From positions 1 to 64,000 of the IMG/VR virus record IMGVR_UViG_3300043775_001610: 64,000 nucleotides of DNA; one strand, 5' to 3'. Within the stretch, counting starts at the first letter, position 1. Each line of letters begins with the position of its first letter. Below the pieces are notes generated by a model. That model saw nothing but the letters and a program-made list of their open reading frames with translations, was not told the DNA's origin and did no database searches. Source of the DNA: a virus. This document shows, one piece after another, positions 7,357-15,651 of the stretch. A program made the translations under genes and the position numbers.

Positions 7357-7572
7357 CTAGTCACACTCTCCACAAGGGCATTGAGGAAACTCTCGCTCTT
7401 GCTTGATACGATTAGCAAGAGTCATGACCTTGTTATAGGTCTCGGCACTAGCACCACGGAAGGAAACTAGTTCGCCATTGGCAACCATTTCAGCACCTAA
7501 GCGAATTCGTTGCTCTAGGTCAAGATGACCAAAGCGAGAGTGTTTAATTGTATTTTTATCTAGTGTAGTCAT
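7357..7572 (-). CDS. hypothetical protein with C-terminal CPCxxC
   Basis: Likely start MTTLDKN after AAAGGTGG. Confidence 0.65.
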   Translation of the reverse strand: MTTLDKNTIKHSRFGHLDLEQRIRLGAEMVANGELVSFRGASAETYNKVMTLANRIKQEREFPQCPCGECD

Positions 7573-7613
7573 TTGAGACCACCTTTCTTTAATTTGTTTT
7601 TCTTTATACCTTA

Positions 7614-7710
7614 AGCATAACATGGGGGTCTGACAAATTGCAACTTATAAATGCGTACAATTCGGACATTGTGAGGTAAGTCACAAAAAAATCGTGTGAG
7701 ATAGGTCACA
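7614..7710 (-). promoter_or_regulatory. TGTCAG-N10-TATGCT promoter plus two CRP-type sites at the divergence point
   Basis: TGTCAG ACCCCCATGT TATGCT 7614-7635; TGTGA-N6-TCACA at 7670-7685 and 7695-7710. Confidence 0.7.
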
Positions 7711-7816
7711 AATGACCATTCATTATGGGCGCACTATCCGAAATGTCCGTTTTGCCCAAATCGTGTATCATACATGTAAAAAATATATTAACATTTTCTT
7801 AAATCTGAAAAAGCAG

Positions 7817-7844
7817 TTGACTAGAATATATGGCGGTGTATAAT
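7817..7844 (+). promoter_or_regulatory. sigma70-type promoter, leaderless
   Basis: TTGACT-N16-TATAAT, ATG 6 nt downstream at 7851. Confidence 0.65.
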
Positions 7845-7850
7845 AAGAGC

Positions 7851-8579
7851 ATGGAACCATATGCATCTATAGTTAAAAATCAGATTGATCAAATTCTAGA
7901 AAAAGAACCTAATGCGGTTCTAATTGAAGATAACATAGTTGTATTAAAAAACTGGCTATCAGATGATCTTTGCGACAAACTAGTAAGCCATGTAGAATCA
8001 TTTGGAGAAGATATCTGGTGGGACAGAAATAAAAGAGAATGGTGGCATGGCAAGTTCTTTTTTATAGAAGATCCAGAACTTGATGAAGAGCTAAAACATA
8101 TGCGTATAAGGCTACAGGAGCTCTTTAGACAGGAGCTTTGGGTCGAAAGCATGAACTCTGTTCATAGAATGACCAAGGGGCAGTCTATGTTCTTACATGC
8201 TGATAATTTGTCGGAATCACTAGGTATGGATAATAAATGCGTATTTGGTGTAACACACTATCTAAGCAATTTTGACGGTGGTGAAATATCCTATCCAAAT
8301 GTTAAGTTTATGTATAAACCTGAAAAGGGAGATTTGCTGCTACATCCTGGATTTGAAAAATATGCACACTATACAGAAGAAGTAAAAGGTGATAGGGTTA
8401 GATATATTGTAGCTGGATTTGCTTCACTTCCAGAAGCGCAAGCATTAAGAGAAAATGACCAGCTATATGAGGGTATTAATGCAATTAAAATGTCTAGTGC
8501 TATAACTGGAGAATATGGCGAAAATGATTTGCCAAAGAATTTCTACACTTTGCCATTTGAACATTCGGAAAAAAAATAA
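7851..8579 (+). CDS. 2OG-Fe(II) oxygenase (prolyl 4-hydroxylase-like)
   Basis: HAD...FDGGEI.YP...KPEKGDLLLHPG...H...V.G..RY. Confidence 0.85.
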   Translation: MEPYASIVKNQIDQILEKEPNAVLIEDNIVVLKNWLSDDLCDKLVSHVESFGEDIWWDRNKREWWHGKFFFIEDPELDEELKHMRIRLQELFRQELWVESMNSVHRMTKGQSMFLHADNLSESLGMDNKCVFGVTHYLSNFDGGEISYPNVKFMYKPEKGDLLLHPGFEKYAHYTEEVKGDRVRYIVAGFASLPEAQALRENDQLYEGINAIKMSSAITGEYGENDLPKNFYTLPFEHSEKK

Positions 8580-8812
8580 ATTTAAGTATTGACTTCAATA
8601 AAAGTTAAATGCTACACTTAGTTTGCTTTGTGGGGGCTTACCCTGAAACTCAATATGTACCAGATATAATCTGTGGGTATTTCAGGACTGCTTCTCTATC
8701 TTTCCAAAAAGTTAAAATTTGGGGGGTAGGGGGGCTTTCCTAAAATCTAATATCCCCAGATAAATCATTAAAAAACATAAAGAAAATACATAAGAAAAGG
8801 CGGGATAGAAAG

Positions 8813-8890
8813 ATGAAGAATCTTATTGCAGTAGCCATAATAACTGTCATTACTTTTATCCTTGGCATACTCATACAGATAATAGGCTAA
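8813..8890 (+). CDS. 25-aa hydrophobic peptide
   Basis: MKNLIAVAIITVITFILGILIQIIG; ends just before the tRNA. Confidence 0.4.
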   Translation: MKNLIAVAIITVITFILGILIQIIG

Positions 8891-8895
8891 TATAA

Positions 8896-8970
8896 GGGCC
8901 TATAGCTTAATCTGGTTAAAGCAATTGTCTTATATGCAATCGACTTTGGGTTCAAATCCCAATAGGCCTA
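8896..8970 (+). tRNA. tRNA-Ile(TAT)
   Basis: GGGCCTA/TAGGCCT acceptor stem, TAGCTTAATCTGGTTAAAGC D arm, ATTGT-CTTATAT-GCAAT anticodon arm, GGGTTCAAATCCC T arm; no encoded CCA. Confidence 0.85.
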
Positions 8971-9006
8971 CTTGGTTTCTCATTTAATAAGGAGTATAAT
9001 ACTTAT

Positions 9007-9159
9007 ATGCTAGCTTATGATGTCCCTCTTTCCGCCCTCCTTTTTGTGATATGGGCTGGGTTACCAGCAGAATACACAGATCAGCCTACTGAGGAAGAAA
9101 TCCTGGCATATATCCAGATGTTGAAGAATATCATAGATAATGAAAATAATGGTCTCTAA
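9007..9159 (+). CDS. small leaderless protein (50 aa)
   Basis: TATAAT 6 nt before ATG; MLAYDVPLSALLFVIWAG...NNGL. Confidence 0.55.
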   Translation: MLAYDVPLSALLFVIWAGLPAEYTDQPTEEEILAYIQMLKNIIDNENNGL

Positions 9160-9210
9160 TTTTCGGCTCACTTTTCGCCGCACTTTCTGAAATCAATAAG
9201 GAGATATGTT

Positions 9211-9963
9211 ATGTCTATAGAAGTTGAAATATACAACGATAAAATTTTTTATTTTAAAAATGCAATACCTAATTCTAAAGAAATTCTAAAGTATATAGAA
9301 TCTACGTCAAATGATATTATTACCGATTGGCTACCATGGGGAAATAAATATGCGTTTTCATTAGAGCAAAAAAAAGATTGGGAAGAATTAGGAATTACTC
9401 CAGAAGACTTTGGGTTAGCTAAATGTATATATGACCCAAACTGGTTTGACCCACATAAAAAAGATACTGAAAGTCATTGGGTATTTGAATCTATTAATAA
9501 AGCTGTTATAGATTGCTCAGATAAGTATGCAAATTATTTAGGGATAGACACTACCTTGAATCCTAGAATCCCATCGCCTGGGTATGTTATTGGTAAATAC
9601 AACTCTATGCAATCTAGAGGACTGCACACAGACTGCCCCTATGATGACCTAGAGCACTCCTTTGTCATATATTACAATGATGATTATTCTGATGGATATT
9701 TATATTTTCCAAACTATAATTTACAAATAAAACCAGAATCTGGAAGCATCATCATGTTTAAATCTTCGGATCTAGATAATGAACATGAAGCTGTTCCTAA
9801 TATAGGTTTTAAGTACATAACCCCACATTTTTGGAGAATGGGTCCATCACAAGGGTTTGTACCTTGGGGATTCAAAGATGTTAAATTACCAGAAGACATA
9901 ACTAATGATTTTTATAACTTAGAAACAGTAGAAAGAAATAAAAAACGGATATTTGGTGAATGA
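9211..9963 (+). CDS. 2OG-Fe(II) oxygenase
   Basis: HTD...YYNDDYSDG.LYFP...KPESGSIIMF...HEA...KY. Confidence 0.85.
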   Translation: MSIEVEIYNDKIFYFKNAIPNSKEILKYIESTSNDIITDWLPWGNKYAFSLEQKKDWEELGITPEDFGLAKCIYDPNWFDPHKKDTESHWVFESINKAVIDCSDKYANYLGIDTTLNPRIPSPGYVIGKYNSMQSRGLHTDCPYDDLEHSFVIYYNDDYSDGYLYFPNYNLQIKPESGSIIMFKSSDLDNEHEAVPNIGFKYITPHFWRMGPSQGFVPWGFKDVKLPEDITNDFYNLETVERNKKRIFGE

Positions 9964-10556
9964 TGGATAAAGTATACTTAGATGAAAACATATTTTATAT
10001 AGAAGATTTTATATCTAAAGAAGATATTGCCAAAATTCAAAAATCTATAAAGTCTAATTCTTACATTGAAGATTATGGACATTTAGCTCACACATCTTTA
10101 ATTTTAACAGAAAAAAGTTTAGTTGAAACTTGGAATTTTTATTTATCTAAATTAGAGGATATTTTTAATAACTCAACCGAATGGTTAGTACGTCCATATA
10201 CAGACTTTATCTCATTAATTAAATATAGAAATATTGATTTTTTATCAAAAGACACTCCTATAGAGTTTTTAAACTCGGAATATATAATGCCACCGCATGC
10301 AGATGACGTTTCATACGATCTATCTGAAAAAGATTTAAATGAAAGAAAGTCTTTTGTATCAAAAGGTTTAGTTATATTTATTAATGATGATTTTGATGAC
10401 GGTGAAATTGTTTATGTTAATAAAGGCATATCTGTAAAGCCAAAATCTGGAACTCTAATTTGTCACCCTGGCACAAAAGAATACTCCCATGCAGTAAATA
10501 GATTTTATAATGGAGATAGAGTCATAGCGTCAATGTTTGTTCACAAAAAAATTTAA
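9960..10556 (+). CDS. 2OG-Fe(II) oxygenase
   Basis: PHAD...INDDFDDGEI...KPKSGTLI.HPG..YSHAV...R. Confidence 0.85.
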   Translation: MMDKVYLDENIFYIEDFISKEDIAKIQKSIKSNSYIEDYGHLAHTSLILTEKSLVETWNFYLSKLEDIFNNSTEWLVRPYTDFISLIKYRNIDFLSKDTPIEFLNSEYIMPPHADDVSYDLSEKDLNERKSFVSKGLVIFINDDFDDGEIVYVNKGISVKPKSGTLICHPGTKEYSHAVNRFYNGDRVIASMFVHKKI

Positions 10557-10573
10557 TTATATAGATAAAAATA

Positions 10574-10607
10574 AAACCCCAATCAGAGGCGGATCCGATT
10601 GGGGTTT
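10574..10607. terminator. intrinsic terminator between convergent blocks
   Basis: AAACCCCAATC...GATTGGGGTTT hairpin with flanking A/T runs. Confidence 0.65.
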
Positions 10608-10819
10608 AGCACTTACGTGCATACGTAAGGAGTATTATCTCAACTTACGTAATTTTATTTTTTTCTTCTTATGCTAAAAAATCTAATAAAAAGATTTTCT
10701 ATTCTACATTCAAAACATTTACAAAGTGACAAAACCTGGTTATCCATTCTAAAGTATGGAGTTTTCATGACTTGGCTAAAATGTTTAGGTGACATAAACT
10801 AATTATATCACTTTTATAA

Positions 10820-11017
10820 TTATTGCTGAGCTAGTATATCATTTTCATCAAGCTTATTGTATATTTCAGACATAAAATAAACCATAGCTGGACGTGCTTC
10901 ATTTGTTTTTGATTCTACTTCTTCTTCAGTCATTCCAGACATCAAAGCCATTTTTGTATTTATAGTCTCATATACTGCAACCATAAGCTCTACTACTGAT
11001 TCTTTATCCTTATTCAT
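10820..11017 (-). CDS. hypothetical protein
   Basis: Likely start MNKDKES; part of a coupled minus-strand block. Confidence 0.65.
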   Translation of the reverse strand: MNKDKESVVELMVAVYETINTKMALMSGMTEEEVESKTNEARPAMVYFMSEIYNKLDENDILAQQ

Positions 11018-11213
11018 TCTTTTCATCTTCCGCTCTAAATGCTGGGGAAGGTCCCAGCAAAAATCCATCTTCATGATATTTTACCATTTTTTCAATCTCA
11101 TTACTACCCCCATTTAATTTAGCTATTAGGCATAATACATCATATATCCTATGGAGCATTATGTAGTTAACCATAGGGAGATTGTCTTCTAAATTATTAC
11201 TCGGATTTTCCAT
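11010..11213 (-). CDS. hypothetical protein
   Basis: LEDNLPMVNYIMLHRIYD...H..G.LLGP.P; overlaps neighbours. Confidence 0.7.
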   Translation of the reverse strand: MENPSNNLEDNLPMVNYIMLHRIYDVLCLIAKLNGGSNEIEKMVKYHEDGFLLGPSPAFRAEDEKNE

Positions 11214-11400
11214 CTTTTACTTTCATATCTTCAAGCAATTCATCTATAGTTGTTAAGCCTCTAGATTTAGCTTCTTCAGCATATTCTTTAACTACAATAA
11301 GTGCTTTTTCTGCAAGAAGCAAACCAGGCATATGCATACATGGTATATTCCTTGCTACCTTAGCTCTTAAAGCCTCATCAAATTCGTTATTTAGCGGCAT
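11197..11400 (-). CDS. hypothetical protein
   Basis: ORF track; overlapping coupling. Confidence 0.65.
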   Translation of the reverse strand: MPLNNEFDEALRAKVARNIPCMHMPGLLLAEKALIVVKEYAEEAKSRGLTTIDELLEDMKVKDGKSE

Positions 11401-11584
11401 TACTTACACTCTCCAGCATTTTTGAATAAACAGCACTTCCAATATAATTTTTATATTGGCAAGAAATACAGTATACAAATATTTTTTCTTTTTCGTCTTG
11501 ATTAGAAAAGAGAAGACCTTGGTCTAATGGACAAACCATCTCTGACACAAGGCCTTCCCTTGACAGAGCTAAATACTTAGACAC
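11387..11584 (-). CDS. small Zn-ribbon protein
   Basis: CPxD...YCISC; true start may lie slightly upstream. Confidence 0.65.
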   Translation of the reverse strand: MSKYLALSREGLVSEMVCPLDQGLLFSNQDEKEKIFVYCISCQYKNYIGSAVYSKMLESVSNAAK

Positions 11585-11608
11585 TACTTGTATCTTAATA
11601 TTAACCCC

Positions 11609-12187
11609 TTACTCTTTTTTAGATGGAAACTTGTCTAACCACTCTTTTGTTCGAGGAGTTAAACCTTTCCATGACGACCAATCTTGACCGCCATTGGTCA
11701 TATAATACGTTATCTCTGCGTTGATTGCTGGATCGAATAACGAGTAGTTACTATCCAGTTTGAATTTTTCTTTACGATCATCACCTAGGTTTCCCAACAT
11801 GTTGATCTGAAAAATTCCATAGGAACTGTCTCCAGTTTTCCTGTTGCCGTTATAAGCCATTGGGCGTCCATTAGACTCCTTTTTAGCTACAGCCCACGCC
11901 ATTTTAAGGGCGCTACCCTCAAAGCCTACAGCCTTGAGAAGTTCAACCAATTCTTTGTCTGTTAAAGACTCTGATGGTTTCCACACAGTATTGCTGAATT
12001 GCTCCAGCTTTTCCTTGTTAAGTTGTGCTTCGGTTTTTACTTCTGGTTTTACAACCAGTGCAGATGCTGATTGAATTATTTCTGGTTGACCAGTAAATAA
12101 AAACAGTACAGCTACTGCTATTGCAACATAGTGATGTAAAACATCGCTAAGTTTTTGTTTTATATTCTCCATAGGCATTTCCTCCAA
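11609..12187 (-). CDS. lytic transglycosylase (lysozyme-like fold) with N-terminal hydrophobic anchor
   Basis: A.KESNG.P.A.N...GDSSYGIFQIN...LFDP.INA...Y......W..W; TM/signal segment YVAIAVAVLFLF. Confidence 0.85.
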   Translation of the reverse strand: MEEMPMENIKQKLSDVLHHYVAIAVAVLFLFTGQPEIIQSASALVVKPEVKTEAQLNKEKLEQFSNTVWKPSESLTDKELVELLKAVGFEGSALKMAWAVAKKESNGRPMAYNGNRKTGDSSYGIFQINMLGNLGDDRKEKFKLDSNYSLFDPAINAEITYYMTNGGQDWSSWKGLTPRTKEWLDKFPSKKE

Positions 12188-12380
12188 TAGAGATAACGAA
12201 CTATAAGAATACCATTAAACTTTACAATATGTCAACCTAAAAATATGATTTTATTTATTCTAGTTAACTAATAATAGTGATTGTTTTAAAATTATTTTTT
12301 ACCCTTCCTTTCTATAAAGAACTTTGGTAGAATAGGACTCTTACTAAATTTTATGTGCCATATGGCGGAAAAGAGACAAA

Positions 12381-14471
12381 ATGACAAAAATAAAAAACTT
12401 TAATCAATCCTCAGACTACTTTGAGGAAAAGCCAATGGTAATGCTTCAGCCAAATTCTGATAGTGCATTGATAAATAACCCATATGAAAACTTTATAGCT
12501 ATTTCTAGATATGCAAGATGGATACCAGATCTTAATAGAAGAGAAACATGGAAAGAAACTGTAGATAGATACTTTGACTTTATGCTTAATAACTTGAAAG
12601 AAAATTTTAACTATACTCCAGATGATATATTGCTTTCTAATCTTAAGGATGCTGTATATAAGAGAAATGTAATGCCTTCTATGAGAGCTGTCATGACTTC
12701 TGGTCCCGCCTTAGAAAGAGATAATGTTGCTGGCTATAACTGTTCTTATTTGCCAGTAGATCACCCAAGAGCATTTGACGAAACCATGTATATCTTGATG
12801 TGTGGTTCTGGAGTTGGTTTCTCGGTAGAATATAAATATATTAATAAGCTCCCGTCTATTCCACAATCTTTAGAAAAAGTCTCTGATGTTATTGTTGTAG
12901 AAGATTCTAAAACTGGATGGGCAACAGCATATAAGCTACTATTGAAGAATTTGTGGGATGGAAAGATTCCATCTTTTGATGTTACAAAAGTTAGACCAGC
13001 AGGAGCCAGACTTAAAACTATGGGTGGAAGATCTTCTGGACCTCAACCGCTAGTTAACCTTTTTGATTTTACAATTGCAAAATTTAAGACTGCAGCTGGA
13101 AGACAGCTTAAGCCAATTGAAGCCCATGACATAATGTGTAAGATTGGCGAGGTTGTTGTTGTTGGAGGAGTTCGTAGATCAGCTATGATCTCCTTGTCTA
13201 ATATCAATGACATAGAGATGGCGCAAGCAAAGTCTGGAAACTGGTGGGAAAACAATCCTCAACGTGCTCTTTCAAACAACTCAGTAGCGTATTCTAGAAA
13301 ACCAGACATGGAGCAGTTTATATCTGAATGGAAGTCTTTGTATGATTCAAAGTCTGGAGAAAGAGGAATCTATAACGTTGCTGCAGCACAAAAACAAGCT
13401 GCATTAAGTGGAAGAGATCCAGAAATACATTATGGCACTAACCCATGCTCAGAAATCATATTGAGACCTAATCAGTTCTGTAATTTGTCAGAAGTTGTTA
13501 TTCGTGAAGATGATAATGAAGAGTCAGTTTCTTTAAAAGTTGAGCTTGCTTCAGTTCTTGGAACATGGCAATCAACATTGACAAACTTTAAGTACATCAG
13601 AGAGGTTTGGAAAAAGAATACAGAAGAAGAAAGACTTCTTGGTGTATCTCTAACTGGACAGTTTGGAAATTCTTATTTTTCTGGTAAGTATCAGGCACAC
13701 AAGCCAGAAGGCTACACATGCAGATATAGCTGTGAAGGAAATTGCAAAAATAAAGATCATATTAAAGAAGATGATCACCTACGTCTTGAGCATGCTCTAC
13801 AAAGACTTAAGGTCAGAGCCAAAGAAGCAAATGTTAAGGAAGCGTCAAATATAGGAATTAACCCATCAGCTTCAGTTACATGTGTAAAGCCTTCTGGAAC
13901 AGTTTCTCAACTTACTGGAGTTTCTTCTGGCATGCACCCTTGGCATTCTGAGTATTACATTAGAACTGTTCGTGGGTCTAAGGGAGATCCTATTTCAATT
14001 TTTCTTAAAGAGATTGGAATTCCAGTAGAAGACGATGTAATGAAGCCTAACGAAACTTATGTTTTTTCTTTCCCAGTAAAAGCACCAAATGGAGCAACAT
14101 TAAGAAAAGATCTCACTGCCATAGAGCACCTAGAGCTTTGGATGATTTATCAGAAGGCTTGGTGTGACCATAAGCCATCTATTACAGTTTCTGTTAAAGA
14201 TGATGAATGGATGGAGGTTGGTGCTTGGGTTTACAAAAACTTTGATGATCTTTCTGGAATCTCTTTCCTTCCATATTCTGATCATTCTTACAAGCAAGCT
14301 CCATATCAAGAAGTTGGTAAGGAAGAGTATGACGAGCTGGTGTCAAGAATGCCTAAAAGCATTAGATGGGAAGATTTATCTTTTTATGAAACAGAAGATG
14401 GTACCTCTATAAATGCTACACTTGCCTGTAGCTCTGATGGTAATTGTGAATTGGTAGATATTAGCGCATAG
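12381..14471 (+). CDS. nrdJ: class II (adenosylcobalamin-dependent) ribonucleoside-triphosphate reductase
   Basis: SRYARW...RETW, MPSMRA, YNCSY, G.GVGFSVE, GGVRRSA, TNPCSEI, CVKPSGTVSQL, HKPSITV; C-terminal CxxxxxC. Confidence 0.93.
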   Translation: MTKIKNFNQSSDYFEEKPMVMLQPNSDSALINNPYENFIAISRYARWIPDLNRRETWKETVDRYFDFMLNNLKENFNYTPDDILLSNLKDAVYKRNVMPSMRAVMTSGPALERDNVAGYNCSYLPVDHPRAFDETMYILMCGSGVGFSVEYKYINKLPSIPQSLEKVSDVIVVEDSKTGWATAYKLLLKNLWDGKIPSFDVTKVRPAGARLKTMGGRSSGPQPLVNLFDFTIAKFKTAAGRQLKPIEAHDIMCKIGEVVVVGGVRRSAMISLSNINDIEMAQAKSGNWWENNPQRALSNNSVAYSRKPDMEQFISEWKSLYDSKSGERGIYNVAAAQKQAALSGRDPEIHYGTNPCSEIILRPNQFCNLSEVVIREDDNEESVSLKVELASVLGTWQSTLTNFKYIREVWKKNTEEERLLGVSLTGQFGNSYFSGKYQAHKPEGYTCRYSCEGNCKNKDHIKEDDHLRLEHALQRLKVRAKEANVKEASNIGINPSASVTCVKPSGTVSQLTGVSSGMHPWHSEYYIRTVRGSKGDPISIFLKEIGIPVEDDVMKPNETYVFSFPVKAPNGATLRKDLTAIEHLELWMIYQKAWCDHKPSITVSVKDDEWMEVGAWVYKNFDDLSGISFLPYSDHSYKQAPYQEVGKEEYDELVSRMPKSIRWEDLSFYETEDGTSINATLACSSDGNCELVDISA

Positions 14472-14542
14472 TGGTACAATTATATAATTGGGCTTAGGCT
14501 CAAAATTCCTGGGCACACCGCCTAGAAATAAGGAGGATCAAA

Positions 14543-14776
14543 ATGGCAAAAGCTAAAGAAGATCTTAATGGAGATGGAAAGGTTACAATGCAAGAGAAGA
14601 TTCTAGCAGCACTAGCAAGTTATGGACGTCATTTTCTAGGAGCGGCAATCGCCCTATATATGACAGGCAACACCAGCCCAAGAGACCTACTACTTGGCGG
14701 ATTCGCTGCCACAGCACCCGTAATTTTGAAAGCACTAAACCCTAATGAACCATCATTTGGGTTTACCAACAAGTAA
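14543..14776 (+). CDS. holin-like small membrane protein
   Basis: ASYGR.FL.A.IALY..G...L....A...PVILKALNP.E..FG; two hydrophobic segments. Confidence 0.6.
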   Translation: MAKAKEDLNGDGKVTMQEKILAALASYGRHFLGAAIALYMTGNTSPRDLLLGGFAATAPVILKALNPNEPSFGFTNK

Positions 14777-14796
14777 ACAAAAAATAGTCGATTAGA

Positions 14797-14830
14797 AATA
14801 CTCCTGTGCTAAAATTAGTACAGGAGTATT
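14797..14830 (+). terminator. hairpin, probable terminator
   Basis: AATACTCCTGTGCTAA-AA-TTAGTACAGGAGTATT. Confidence 0.5.
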
Positions 14831-14852
14831 CCTATTTAGGAGACTATGGCAA

Positions 14853-15200
14853 ATGGCAGGACAAAAGAATTTCGAAGTAGATCAAAATGCAACATTTAGT
14901 TTTATAGTAGAATATAAAGACGAAAATGACGATGCGATTGATCTTACTGGTGCATCTGCAAAGATGCAGGTGCGTGATACAAAAGGCGGCAGCAAGTTAG
15001 CTGTTACATTAACATCACCATCTGGCGGAATTACAATTGATGGACCTAATGGTAAATTAACTGTAAAAATGACACCAACACAAACAAGCAAAATCTTTTA
15101 TCCTAAATCATCTTATGATGTTATGGTTGTAGATTCTAATGGGAATAAGATAAAGCTCCTTGAAGGGTTTATGACCCTAAATAGATCGGTAACTATTTAA
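14853..15200 (+). CDS. virion beta-sandwich adaptor protein
   Basis: DQNATF...IDLTG.SAKMQVR...YD......LLEG pattern common in fibre-attachment proteins. Confidence 0.7.
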   Translation: MAGQKNFEVDQNATFSFIVEYKDENDDAIDLTGASAKMQVRDTKGGSKLAVTLTSPSGGITIDGPNGKLTVKMTPTQTSKIFYPKSSYDVMVVDSNGNKIKLLEGFMTLNRSVTI

Positions 15201-15640
15201 TGACTGAATCCGTAGTTGTTCGAGAGCAAATAAATAAAGTAGTAATTTCTTCTCCAGGTCCACAAGGACCAAGAGGAAGAACCATTCTAAATGGAAATGG
15301 AGACCCAGCAGCAAATTTGGGTCTTACTGGAGATTTTTACTTTGATATGCTTTCAGCTGCATTTCACGGACCAAAGCTTTCTGATTTAAATTGGTCAGGA
15401 GCAAGCAAAATATTTTTAACAAATAATACACTAGCGTATCCTTGGGAATTAACCCAAGTTACTGGTCCTTTATCTGGAGTGTATTCTGTTGTTATTAATC
15501 ATGGACTAGGATATCAACCAAACGTAACAGTTAAGTCTAGTGCAGGGGATATTTTGGAAACTGGAATAGACTACAATAGTACTAATCAAATAACACTGAC
15601 TATGGCTCAACCATTTTCAGGGACAGCATACCTGTCATAA
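15200..15640 (+). CDS. minor virion protein with short collagen-like stretch
   Basis: PGPQGPRG..ILNG.G.P...G..GDFY.D; NHGLGY.PNVTV. Confidence 0.75.
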   Translation: MTESVVVREQINKVVISSPGPQGPRGRTILNGNGDPAANLGLTGDFYFDMLSAAFHGPKLSDLNWSGASKIFLTNNTLAYPWELTQVTGPLSGVYSVVINHGLGYQPNVTVKSSAGDILETGIDYNSTNQITLTMAQPFSGTAYLS

Positions 15641-15651
15641 GGAGATAGCAA

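Noticed and set aside
7195-7470. Plus-strand 91-aa ORF and other antisense ORFs in the track (e.g. 15954, 25093, 26434, 40611, 63716)
   Set aside because: Antisense to well-supported genes or promoters, with no RBS or recognisable motifs.
13675-13785. Intein or intron in nrdJ
   Set aside because: Insertion is only ~30 aa, in frame, with no splicing motifs or endonuclease.
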